From: Calditrichia bacterium
Lineage (GTDB): Bacteria > Calditrichota > Calditrichia > JAJRVZ01
Assembly: GCA_963777955.1 (NCBI GenBank)
Contig: CAVZSQ010000013.1
Span: 256,001 to 320,000, forward strand
Length of the DNA stretch: 64,000 nt
Direction: 5' to 3'
Shown here: positions 10,561-20,257 of the stretch, piece by piece
How positions within the stretch are numbered: position 1 is the first letter of the stretch
Layout of the letters: every line of letters begins with the position of its first letter
Notes under the pieces: generated by a model
The model's input: only the letters and a program-made list of their open reading frames with translations
What the model was told of the DNA's origin: nothing
Database searches by the model: none
Program-made: the position numbers and the translations under genes

Positions 10561-12705
10561 CTATTGCAATTCCACAATTGCCAGTCCATAGAGTTCCACC
10601 TTCGGAATGTGCAGCATAATAACCCCTGCACCTGTTTTAAAAGGGATCTCCTGTACAGGTGAAAGGTTTCCACTAAACTGTACTTTTTTGACCTGTGCCC
10701 CGGCAGGTATCTTGACCTGCACCGCTAAATTTTCCACAGGGGTAATGGTACCATCGAGAGTCACGTCATAATTTACCAGCTGCACCAGTAAATGATTCTT
10801 TTGGGTCTGATGCATGGATGTGATCTCCACATATGGTGCCGGATTCATCAACCGGGTAATCTTAATATCGGGAGATTCTAATATCTTATAAACAATCCTG
10901 TCCAGAATCCTGCGCAGCTGGAAATCGATCTTGCCCCTGGTGTATCCTTCCGGGATATCAGGAAATACATCCGCCATCGCCGGGCCAAAAGTTGTGGCAG
11001 CGGATTTTGATTGCATTTGGACCAGGAACTTGTTTTCCGGCATGGTTACCGGCAAAAAAACCAATTTCCCTTTACCCACGTTGTATCTATTTTCACTATC
11101 CGGAAATTCTTTCAGTTTCATCATCTGCAGAAATACATTCTGCTGGTTTGGCAGATTGAATTCATTTTTTATTCCACTTGTTCCCAGCACTATAAGAGTA
11201 CCACCACTCTCAACAAATTTCTTCAACACTTCCTGCTTTTGCAATGAAAGCAAGGGTAGATAAGGAATGATAATCAGGTCACAGCCTGCCAGACGATTAT
11301 TCACCAGATCATCCTCCACAACAAATACGTGGCTGATGCCCCGGTCTGCCAGAACGCGTGAGGTACTGAAGGCAAAACTTATTTCATCGGCCAGGTACTG
11401 CTGCAGTGAGGCCAGGATGGCCACATTGCTGTTCAGTTGCGCCCCGAGCAGATAAGATTCATTGGCCGCAAGAAAGTTATACATGGCAGTGGCACCGGGA
11501 GGTGTTTCCCTTTTTTCACGGAAGATGGTATGATTCGCCACAGCCTCGGCAATATTGATCTGAGCCATGGCACTAAGGCACTTCTCGGTCGGATTGGGGA
11601 AGATCGGCGCTGTAATCTCGGTAGCATAAATAATCACCGGCTTTCCGTGTGCTGCCGCCGATAAAAATTTCAATGCCGGGCTGTTGGTAATTTTCATGCC
11701 CTGTTCATTCTTCCGCGGCGCGCTATCCAGATATTCCTGCATTTCGGAGTAGATAAAATCGTCATAGCCATCACTCCCGAGCATCTCCATATTTCCGGCA
11801 GCGTCATAAGCGATCGGTCCATAGCCGAATCCCCCAAAGACATTACCGGCAATCATGAAATAAGGATTGATCTCGCGGGCCGCCTGGCGCAGTTTTTTGT
11901 GGAACTCAGCAACAACATGACAGCGAAATGTAATCCACTCCATCCAGAATTTATCACCCCGCTTCTCAGGAAGTTTAATCTGTTCGTATGCGGCTGTACC
12001 GTACTTGGCCAGGGCCACCTCGCTTGGCAGGTTCTCCTTTAGATAAGCAATAAAATTTTTATGGGTATAGGGACAGTAGCAGGTTCCGCCGGCAATATGG
12101 GTCCAGTCAACATAGGACCCGTCAATTCCGGTAGCAGCCTGCTGGCGGATTTTACCCTCCATCAGGCGAACATAGTACGGATTATCCGGACAGCCCCAGG
12201 CTTCAAAACCACCGCCGGTTTCCCTGCCATATGGTGCGTAACGATAATGAGGAAATGAACCATCCGGGTGCACCATCATCCAGGTTGTCGGATCTGCTTC
12301 AGGTTTAGGTCCGATGATGTCCTTAAAATTATCCCACGCTTCATTATAAAATTTTAACATATCGATCTGCTCTTTGCGCGGCTCATCTTTATTGGTTGCA
12401 GTTTCACCGTTCAAGGAAGTGGACAGATACCGTAATACGATGTATCCTTTATCGTGATAGTTTTGATTGAATACTTTGGCCTCGCTTATTTTTTTCTCGA
12501 ATTCTTCACGAGGCATAGATTCAAAATTAGGCGCACCGCTGCCAAAAGTGATAGTCATATGATTTCTGGCTAAAAATTCCAGATCGGCTTTTTGTCCCAG
12601 CCGCCAGTGTCCCCAGTCAGCCAGCGGCTGCCAGTTATTTTTTTCCTGTCCATTCGAAATGCAGGTCAGTAAAAATATCAGACCAAGGCAAAGAAAATTC
12701 TTCAT
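10561..12705 (-). CDS. Putative glycoside hydrolase (GHL-type barrel plus trimerisation domain), exported
   Basis: Signal peptide; CPDNP, GIDGSYVD, CYCPY motif as in GH42-like/GHL families; IIIPYLP...GGTLIVLG; LVQLVNY. Confidence 0.65.
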   Translation of the reverse strand: MKNFLCLGLIFLLTCISNGQEKNNWQPLADWGHWRLGQKADLEFLARNHMTITFGSGAPNFESMPREEFEKKISEAKVFNQNYHDKGYIVLRYLSTSLNGETATNKDEPRKEQIDMLKFYNEAWDNFKDIIGPKPEADPTTWMMVHPDGSFPHYRYAPYGRETGGGFEAWGCPDNPYYVRLMEGKIRQQAATGIDGSYVDWTHIAGGTCYCPYTHKNFIAYLKENLPSEVALAKYGTAAYEQIKLPEKRGDKFWMEWITFRCHVVAEFHKKLRQAAREINPYFMIAGNVFGGFGYGPIAYDAAGNMEMLGSDGYDDFIYSEMQEYLDSAPRKNEQGMKITNSPALKFLSAAAHGKPVIIYATEITAPIFPNPTEKCLSAMAQINIAEAVANHTIFREKRETPPGATAMYNFLAANESYLLGAQLNSNVAILASLQQYLADEISFAFSTSRVLADRGISHVFVVEDDLVNNRLAGCDLIIIPYLPLLSLQKQEVLKKFVESGGTLIVLGTSGIKNEFNLPNQQNVFLQMMKLKEFPDSENRYNVGKGKLVFLPVTMPENKFLVQMQSKSAATTFGPAMADVFPDIPEGYTRGKIDFQLRRILDRIVYKILESPDIKITRLMNPAPYVEITSMHQTQKNHLLVQLVNYDVTLDGTITPVENLAVQVKIPAGAQVKKVQFSGNLSPVQEIPFKTGAGVIMLHIPKVELYGLAIVELQ

Positions 12706-12717
12706 ACCACTCCCCCC

Positions 12718-15069
12718 TTAATAGGTAATGATCAATTCAGCCTGATCTTTAAATTCAGGCAGGTTAACCATATATTTGTTCTCGTTATTTATAATTTCCA
12801 CATTTTTTGAATTAAAGATTACAGTTTTTGGAATTTTTTCAGAGTGAAAAAGGATGGTCCGTTCTGTCGTATCACCGGGTTTCAATACCAGGGTAAGGGC
12901 AGAACTTTTTTCCCGGCAGTCGATCAACGGCATGGAACAGCGGATTAAATTAAATCCCTTGGTATTTAATTTTCTTAATATCACTTTTCGATCTGAGTTA
13001 ACAGCTCCCCGGATCAGGTGATCACCTTCACGATTGTTTTCCTGTTCATCGGCATTCAGCAGAACGTATCCACCCTCACCATAAAAATGCAGGCGTGCTT
13101 TACTGCGGGTTATCACCGACACGATCAGATCATCCCCGGACTTCTCGATGGCCGGCATATGCTTGGAAATATAGGCCAGGTGCGGCTGACGGTAATGTTC
13201 AACGCCCAACTGTACCTCGATGGTATTTTTACCTTTCTTTAGATCCGGCAGGATGATCAGTTGATCGGCAAAAGCGAAATGTTCTTTATTGTTGATGGTT
13301 ACCTTCTGAATATACTGGTCGGTGTTGTCCAGTTTTAAACCCATACCGCCGATGAAATAAGGAATAGTATCCACCCGCACAGGTGAAAGATCCAGGGTTA
13401 TCCGTAGTTTGTTAGCGGAAGATTCCCAACTATAATCCCACTGGGCCATGGCCCGCAGTTTGTTGGTCAATTCCAACGGCGTCGGACAATAGATATCACG
13501 GGTGGCAAATTTTGTTTTAATGGCATCATACATAGCCAGGTTATTTTTATTCATGATGCGGGATTTGCCGTATTGCGGCTGGGAGGTGATTGAATAATCA
13601 TGCCACATCTGATTATAGATGATCCCGCGCCCGATATTATCGAACATATGATCAAATATCGCTTCCTGATAGGCCGTGATTTGAGCCGTGGTATAACTCC
13701 AGGTCGGGTCATAAAACCACTGGTAATCAGGGGCCGGGGTATCTTCAAGAATGACCAGATTTTTGTAGGATCCGGTGAACCAGGTCATATTGCCAAAGCC
13801 GACAGGCATATCCTGTTCGAAGCCATGCGTCATATAGAAGATAAACCGGCGGGCGATCTGCTCGTAGTTTTCCATGTAAATGGTATTTCCCGGATTTATG
13901 AAAAATTCCACCTTACCCACCGGAAAATCGTAATCCGCGGTATTGAATTCAATTTCCTGGATGGCATCATCCAGTTCTTCTTTCCAGCGTTGTTCATTCA
14001 TCTCTTTGTTTATATGATGAAATTTGCTGTGGGTACCGATTTCACCGCCGGTATTCTCTATTTTTTCCCCCAATGGCGCCAGATCCTGCCAGCCGGCTTT
14101 TGTGGCCGAACTTGATACCCAGGCATAAACCGGGACCACTCCGCTTTCCCTGGCAATCCGCTCCAGGTAACTGATTGTCTGAATCTGGGCATCCAGGTTG
14201 CCGCTGGCATCGGCATCCAGGCGGATGATGGCGGTCAAATTGGCGTTGGATACCTGGGGGACCGGTATCGGTAAAGTGACATCTCCATATACAATCCACT
14301 GCAAGGCCCTGATCAGGACATTAATTAATTGATTAGCGTAAAAAACCTGCGGCTGATTGTTACGGAAAAACGAAGCTGCACCGGCCCAGGTAGCAAAATC
14401 ACTGATTAAAAGTACCCGGCTGTTTTTTATATTCCCTACGGATAAAAATGGATTGCTCTTCTTTTCATCAGTGGCAATCAATAAAGCTCCCTGGCCGGTT
14501 TTGAAACTAAAGATATTCAGACCATTGACCAGGTGCTGGGTAATAAACTGGTTCGGTTCATAGCAGCGGGTAATATAATGATCGATACTATTGATCTTTA
14601 TGCGATAAGTCGAATCCCCTTTAAATCCGGTGTACTCGATTCCCAGCAGACTATCCAGATCATCATGCTTCCGTGATTGCGCCGACTCATCATATATCGC
14701 CAGAGGTCCATCAATAATCAAATGTCCGCCGGTGCTCAGATATTTTTTCAGAGAACTTACCATTTGTGGATATAATTTTTCTTCAACGTAGGAACATTGG
14801 GCCAGGACCAGGGCGGTATAGCGTGAAAGTTGCTGGTTTTTTGGCAGGTCATTAAGAAAAAGGCAATCATAGGGAATTCCTGCCAGGTTGGCAATTCCTG
14901 CCCAGCCATGAGCGGTCATCTGAGTAATACCCCAGCGCTGCTTATAACTCGTTTCGTCGATCACGATTCCGATGCGGGGGGAATCGTACTTGACCTGAGC
15001 ATAAACCATGCTCTCTAAGATTAAAGATGAAAGAAATAAGATTAAGACAAGATAGAATTTTCTGCTCAT
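12718..15069 (-). CDS. Exported polysaccharide-deacetylase-like protein (GATase-like domain, NodB-type barrel, beta-rich C-terminus)
   Basis: Signal peptide; IIRLDADA, EIGTHSKFHH and QMWHDY resemble CE4/NodB motifs. Confidence 0.6.
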   Translation of the reverse strand: MSRKFYLVLILFLSSLILESMVYAQVKYDSPRIGIVIDETSYKQRWGITQMTAHGWAGIANLAGIPYDCLFLNDLPKNQQLSRYTALVLAQCSYVEEKLYPQMVSSLKKYLSTGGHLIIDGPLAIYDESAQSRKHDDLDSLLGIEYTGFKGDSTYRIKINSIDHYITRCYEPNQFITQHLVNGLNIFSFKTGQGALLIATDEKKSNPFLSVGNIKNSRVLLISDFATWAGAASFFRNNQPQVFYANQLINVLIRALQWIVYGDVTLPIPVPQVSNANLTAIIRLDADASGNLDAQIQTISYLERIARESGVVPVYAWVSSSATKAGWQDLAPLGEKIENTGGEIGTHSKFHHINKEMNEQRWKEELDDAIQEIEFNTADYDFPVGKVEFFINPGNTIYMENYEQIARRFIFYMTHGFEQDMPVGFGNMTWFTGSYKNLVILEDTPAPDYQWFYDPTWSYTTAQITAYQEAIFDHMFDNIGRGIIYNQMWHDYSITSQPQYGKSRIMNKNNLAMYDAIKTKFATRDIYCPTPLELTNKLRAMAQWDYSWESSANKLRITLDLSPVRVDTIPYFIGGMGLKLDNTDQYIQKVTINNKEHFAFADQLIILPDLKKGKNTIEVQLGVEHYRQPHLAYISKHMPAIEKSGDDLIVSVITRSKARLHFYGEGGYVLLNADEQENNREGDHLIRGAVNSDRKVILRKLNTKGFNLIRCSMPLIDCREKSSALTLVLKPGDTTERTILFHSEKIPKTVIFNSKNVEIINNENKYMVNLPEFKDQAELIITY

Positions 15070-15092
15070 ATGAGGATCACCTGTTAATTAAA

Positions 15093-16775
15093 TTATTTTT
15101 TAGCACTGCCGGCTGCGGAGCCACAGGCTTCATAGATACCCGTGACAGGATCGGCCAGCAGCATAACTGCTCCGCCGATTCCACCCCGGCTTACCCTAAT
15201 TTTATGACCACGCCTTTCCAGATCTTTAATTATTTCCGCCGATATATCTTTATTTACCATTAAACTTGCCAGATCCGGAGGATCCTGTCCGAAGGATCCG
15301 ATATGATGACGGGTGGCAAATCGCGGTGCTGCTATTGCCTCATCGGGATGCAATCCAAACTCGATATAATCCAGAAGGAGTTGCAAAGCAGCCTGATCCT
15401 GCAGATCACCGCCGGCTACGCTGATCGCCAGAATTGGTTTATTGTCCTTTAACACCAATGTCGGCGTCAAAGTAATGCGGGGACGTTTACCAGGAGCGAT
15501 ACAATCGGGATGGCCGGGCCAGGTATTAAGACTGACCAGCCGGGTTCCATGAATAATACCTGTTTCACCGGCACAACCGGCAGTGGAGCCCAGTCCACTC
15601 GGAGTGGCGGCAATTACATTTCCCCAACGATCGGCGACGCAAAGGGTGGTGGTGCCCCCCTGCACCGGCACATACCTGTTTTTACCTTTTATCGCTTCCA
15701 TTTTTATCGGATCACCCGGAGCAATTTCTTGTGAGGCTATTTTCATATTTATCAGGGAACGCCGGAGCAACGTGTACTTTTCAGACAGTAATTCCCTCAT
15801 GGGAACTTTTACGAACTCAGGATCACCATAGTATTCATCGCGATCGGCAAAAGCCAGTTTCATGGCCTCGGTAACCAAATGGATATAGTCGGCACTTGCC
15901 CGGCCCGGACCTTTCAGATCAAATCCTTCCAGCAGGCGCAACGATTGTAACAGAAACGGACCCTGCGTCCAGGGACCGCATTTGTAGACATTATAGCCTC
16001 TGTATTCAACCATTACCGGTTCTTCGATCCGGGTATGGTGGGCAGCCAGATCCTTTTTCCGTAAAAATCCGCCCTGTTCACGGTACCAGGCATCAAGTTG
16101 ATCGGCAATTTCTCCCCGGTAAAAACAATCCGCGACCGCTTTCAGTTTATCATTTCTGCTACCGGAGGCTGCCTGTTCTGCTGCGCATAATTTCCGCAGC
16201 GTATGCGCCAGTTCGGCATACCAGTTACGCCCGGTTTCGATCGTATCACCATTGGATGTATCTCTATACCAGGACGGCCCTCCGGCATCGAGCAGAGCGA
16301 GAGTAGGAGTTACCGCCTGCTGAAAAGTAATAGTACCGAATTGCTGCAGAAGCACCACGATCAGGTCCACAACCGCGGGTACGGCAGCCAGACGAACACT
16401 GTTCCCCGTAATTCCGTTTTTCATGTACCAGTTGATCGCAGCTGTATCCAGCGGCGCGCCCCCCTGTCCCGCTAATACCATCACATTTTGCCGGGCCGCA
16501 TCGTATACCAGAACCGGCACTTCACCGCCTATACAGAATGCCCCCACCTGAACCACACTTAAGGTCAATAAGGAAGCAGCTGCTGCGTCGGCAGCATTAC
16601 CGCCGTTTTCCAGGATACTGAGTCCGGACTCGACCGCCGCCGGTTTTCCGGCTACCACGATACCCAATTTGCCGGAGGCAGAATGATCAGCACCGGCAGA
16701 ATAAAGCGACTGAGACGTTAGCATAATTATTACCAATAGAACAACAGGATAAAAATTAAGTTTAGGTCTATTCAT
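15093..16775 (-). CDS. ggt: Gamma-glutamyltransferase family protein (Ntn hydrolase), exported
   Basis: GGNAADAAA, EAMKLAFADRD, GGTTTLCVADRWGN (nucleophile Thr), PGKRPRITLTP, GGDLQ. Confidence 0.88.
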   Translation of the reverse strand: MNRPKLNFYPVVLLVIIMLTSQSLYSAGADHSASGKLGIVVAGKPAAVESGLSILENGGNAADAAAASLLTLSVVQVGAFCIGGEVPVLVYDAARQNVMVLAGQGGAPLDTAAINWYMKNGITGNSVRLAAVPAVVDLIVVLLQQFGTITFQQAVTPTLALLDAGGPSWYRDTSNGDTIETGRNWYAELAHTLRKLCAAEQAASGSRNDKLKAVADCFYRGEIADQLDAWYREQGGFLRKKDLAAHHTRIEEPVMVEYRGYNVYKCGPWTQGPFLLQSLRLLEGFDLKGPGRASADYIHLVTEAMKLAFADRDEYYGDPEFVKVPMRELLSEKYTLLRRSLINMKIASQEIAPGDPIKMEAIKGKNRYVPVQGGTTTLCVADRWGNVIAATPSGLGSTAGCAGETGIIHGTRLVSLNTWPGHPDCIAPGKRPRITLTPTLVLKDNKPILAISVAGGDLQDQAALQLLLDYIEFGLHPDEAIAAPRFATRHHIGSFGQDPPDLASLMVNKDISAEIIKDLERRGHKIRVSRGGIGGAVMLLADPVTGIYEACGSAAGSAKK

Positions 16776-16867
16776 TTAAATCCTCTGCTGCATAATATAA
16801 TTTTTAACTGAAGAAAACCGGCTTCCTCCTGCTCCCGGCAGCACTCTGACTTGTGCAGAATAAGTTT

Positions 16868-18124
16868 TCAGACAGAATATTCCGGTTTCCAGATTTCTAT
16901 GCTGCCGCTGCGCATGGCACGATTAGCCATATGTACAGATACTGTTGCCTGGCGTCCACTTTCGGCATTGGAAACAGGAATTTTATTATTCTGTATGCAG
17001 TCGGCAAAGTGAAGCATGGCCAAGGCACTCGTCTGCTCGTCCCCTTCCGGCTGATTATCAACTTTGATATCCACCGGTTTTCCTTCTTTCCAGGTCTGGA
17101 ATGTCGCGCCGGTCACTGCTTCATACGATCCGGTTTTGGTTTTTGTCTCTTCCTCTTTGGCCACGAGCCTGGGTTCGGCAAAAAAGACCGACTTTTGTCC
17201 TTCCTCGTTCCGGATCTCGATCGTTCCCAGGGTGCCCATGTACTGCAGGGTAACGCCATAATGTGCATTGGTGGTGATAGAAGTGAAAATAGCCTTGACG
17301 CCTCCGGGATATTCGAAAATCGTATTCACATTATCAAATGTTTCCCGGCCGTCTTTCCAGTAATCAATGCCACCGAAACCGGTTACTTTGAGAGGGTGAC
17401 TGTCCAGCATCCAGTTGGCCACATCGATATGATGAGAACATAGTTCGGCCATCAGTCCACCGGAATATTCCCAGTACATCCGCCAGTTAATCAATCGTTC
17501 CAGATCGGGCTGCGGTACCGGCCGCCGCCAGTCACCGTTGCGATGATAATTACAGCGGATATGAGTGATCTGGCCGCAGTACCCGCCTTGAATCATTTCA
17601 CGGATTTCCTGAATTAAAGGATTATTGCGCGTCTGATATCCTACCTGGAACACTTTGCCGGATTGTTTAACCTGTTTAACCAGATCCAGCGCCTGCTCTA
17701 TGGAATGAGTCATGGTCTTCTCGCAAAAGACATGCTTGCCCGCGGCCAGCGCGTCAAGCGCCATCTGATAATGCAGATATAAAGGAGAGGCGATCACGAT
17801 GGCGTCCAGATTTTTATCCTCCAGCATCAGACGATAATCGCTGTAACCTCTTGCTCCCGGTGCGGCTTCCTTCAGACCATCCTGCAGATGTGCCGGTAAA
17901 ATATCGCAACAGGCAGTGACGCGGAGTGATGGAATATTTTTAATTATATAGACCAGCCATGCTCCACGATCTCCGGTACCGATTACGCCTGTATTGATAA
18001 TTCTGTTGGCCGGGACCAGCTGGTTTTTTCCGGGTAATTTCAGCATTCCCAGTCCCACTGCAGCAGAGGTCATGACACTGCTGGCCAGAAATTTACGCCG
18101 ACTTATTTTGGGTGACATTTCCAA
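16868..18124 (-). CDS. Tat-exported Gfo/Idh/MocA oxidoreductase
   Basis: SRRKFL Tat motif; IGTGDRG Rossmann fold; KHVFCEK; NWRMYWEYSGGLMAELCSHHID. Confidence 0.9.
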   Translation of the reverse strand: MEMSPKISRRKFLASSVMTSAAVGLGMLKLPGKNQLVPANRIINTGVIGTGDRGAWLVYIIKNIPSLRVTACCDILPAHLQDGLKEAAPGARGYSDYRLMLEDKNLDAIVIASPLYLHYQMALDALAAGKHVFCEKTMTHSIEQALDLVKQVKQSGKVFQVGYQTRNNPLIQEIREMIQGGYCGQITHIRCNYHRNGDWRRPVPQPDLERLINWRMYWEYSGGLMAELCSHHIDVANWMLDSHPLKVTGFGGIDYWKDGRETFDNVNTIFEYPGGVKAIFTSITTNAHYGVTLQYMGTLGTIEIRNEEGQKSVFFAEPRLVAKEEETKTKTGSYEAVTGATFQTWKEGKPVDIKVDNQPEGDEQTSALAMLHFADCIQNNKIPVSNAESGRQATVSVHMANRAMRSGSIEIWKPEYSV

Positions 18125-18159
18125 TACCCCTTACATTATATTAAGTATTCGAATCAGAT

Positions 18160-20200
18160 TCACTCAATCCACAAGATGGCTCCCTTATCGATGTCCGGCA
18201 GTTTGACGGTTAACACACCATCCGCGAACGTTCCGTCGATTTCCTGCTTGCTGCCCAGGTAGGGTAAGAAATAAATTTTATGATCTGCAGGTGCATTTGC
18301 ATTTATTTTAATCTCCACGCCGCTCTCAGCTATTTGCCTGACAACTTCACGCCCTTTAAGTCCTTTATAGTTTGCCATAAAAACATGTATCCTGCCTTCG
18401 ACTAACGCCGGCTGTGCTATCATATATGCGGAAGCGGTTACCTGGATTGCCGGTTCAAATTTCAAATCGTTCGTCAGGCTGGTCAGAAAATCGCCCCGCA
18501 TCTTCGCCAGTTGCTCATTAGCGGCGCCCGTCCAGGCAGTCGAATCAAACCCCTGCCGGACCGCCGCCAGGTAAGCGGTAGTCTGGCAGCGCCGGATCGT
18601 AGATATACTCACCGGTCTTGATGTTTCGTGTTGCAGCATCCGGCACACCCAGCAGGGCAAGCAAAGGATTGTCCGGACGATTTTTTCCCGTTTCATCATA
18701 TGTCCCGCCGCCAGGCCCGCTGACGAAAAATTTTCCCCCTTTTTGTTTATACTGCTGCAATCCGGATATTTCCCCTGCCGAGAGGCATTTCACATCCGGC
18801 AGGATCAAAATTTCTCCGCCAAAGCCGGAGAGTGTCCGCGGCGTGACAATCTGAAATTCCTGATGACCCTGCAGTAACAGATGCATGATTCCGGTATATT
18901 CCTTGTTAAATTCATCAGCAAAATAATCGCGGGTTTTATTTGAAAAATAGACACCGATGGGCTTAACTGCCTGACGCGGCAGGTAAAGAGTTTTCTCATT
19001 GGCAGCGATCCAATCCATAATCACCTTGCGGGTGGGATAATCGTTGGAACCGGACATGACATGCCCCTCAGCGTCCCAGAAATTGGTGCCGGCCATAACC
19101 TGAGCCAGGGCTAGATTTTTCATCGCTTCTTTGGGATCGACTTTGATATTCCTGCTCTTATCCCAGGAATAACTCAGCATCCAGGAGGCCTTGCCTTCGG
19201 CAAAAGCACGGAAGGAATACATTCCGGTCATATAAGTGAACCAGCTTGACGGATTGCGGGTGGATGAAGATCCGCCGGCGCTGTATTCATGAGCGATCAC
19301 ATCCACATCCGGATACATATCATAGACATCGGCGCCGACCCGTACCGCTTCTTCCCCATAACCAGGATAAATCTCGGGGATGGTCATACATTTGGGATTA
19401 GTTGCTTTTACATTGTCATCGATCTCTTTCATAAAAGCGGTCAATGTTTTGATCCGGAAATCTATCCATTTGCGGAAATTGGGATCGTTGAAATCGCCCA
19501 ATTTCAAATCCTTTTTCGCATCCAGACCGGTTTCTTTTTTAAAGGCCGCCACGGTATAATCGTCAAAACTGGCCCAACTGTCTTCCCAACCGTCAAAATG
19601 GGTCATCCAGTAGGGGATATCCACATACACACCATCGATCCCGGTGGCAGCAATCTGTCTGACCCGCTCCATGTAGATTTTTCGCCATTCCAGGGCATAG
19701 GGACTGATCCAGACATCCTCATCCCCTTCATCGATCCAGAATGCCGTGCCGCCGCCAAAGATCGCCGGTTCACCGTTGATCTTCCGCTGCACCCAATCGG
19801 GATGATCCTTGAAAAAAGAATGTTCTGTTTTATTGGCATTTGCGGTGATACATTCCAGACCGGCAATATATACGTAGGCATAATTGCCGATGGCATGAGC
19901 GGCATCAGCAATCGCTTTTATGGCTTCGAGTTTTTCAGCCGGATCCAAAAAACTCTCATAACGACCCGGAATATCATTGTCAGTTTCAATACCAAAAAGA
20001 TTGGTTTCCTGCGCATCTTTAATTATTTCAGGCACAATAGCCACGCTGAGGCCATGCCCGGCCGTACGGACAAAATGAGTCCAGTTCTGCGCGGGTGCGG
20101 CTGCGATATTGGTCTTACTTTCCCTGCTGGTGCAACCCGACAATAACAATACAAATATCAGCAGCAGTAATATCCCATAATAAAATTTATTTATTTTCAT
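18160..20200 (-). CDS. Putative glycoside hydrolase lipoprotein, paralog of 2149..4194; frameshift near 18560-18600
   Basis: ORF 18545..20206 (lipobox LSGC) plus ORF 18160..18699 together align with the full 2149..4194 protein (e.g. RIHVFMANY vs RIHIFLANF). Confidence 0.7.
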
Positions 20201-20257
20201 AGTCAACCACTCCTTTGACGACAGAGACTATTTGTCCCCTTAGGTAAATTTCTTTTC

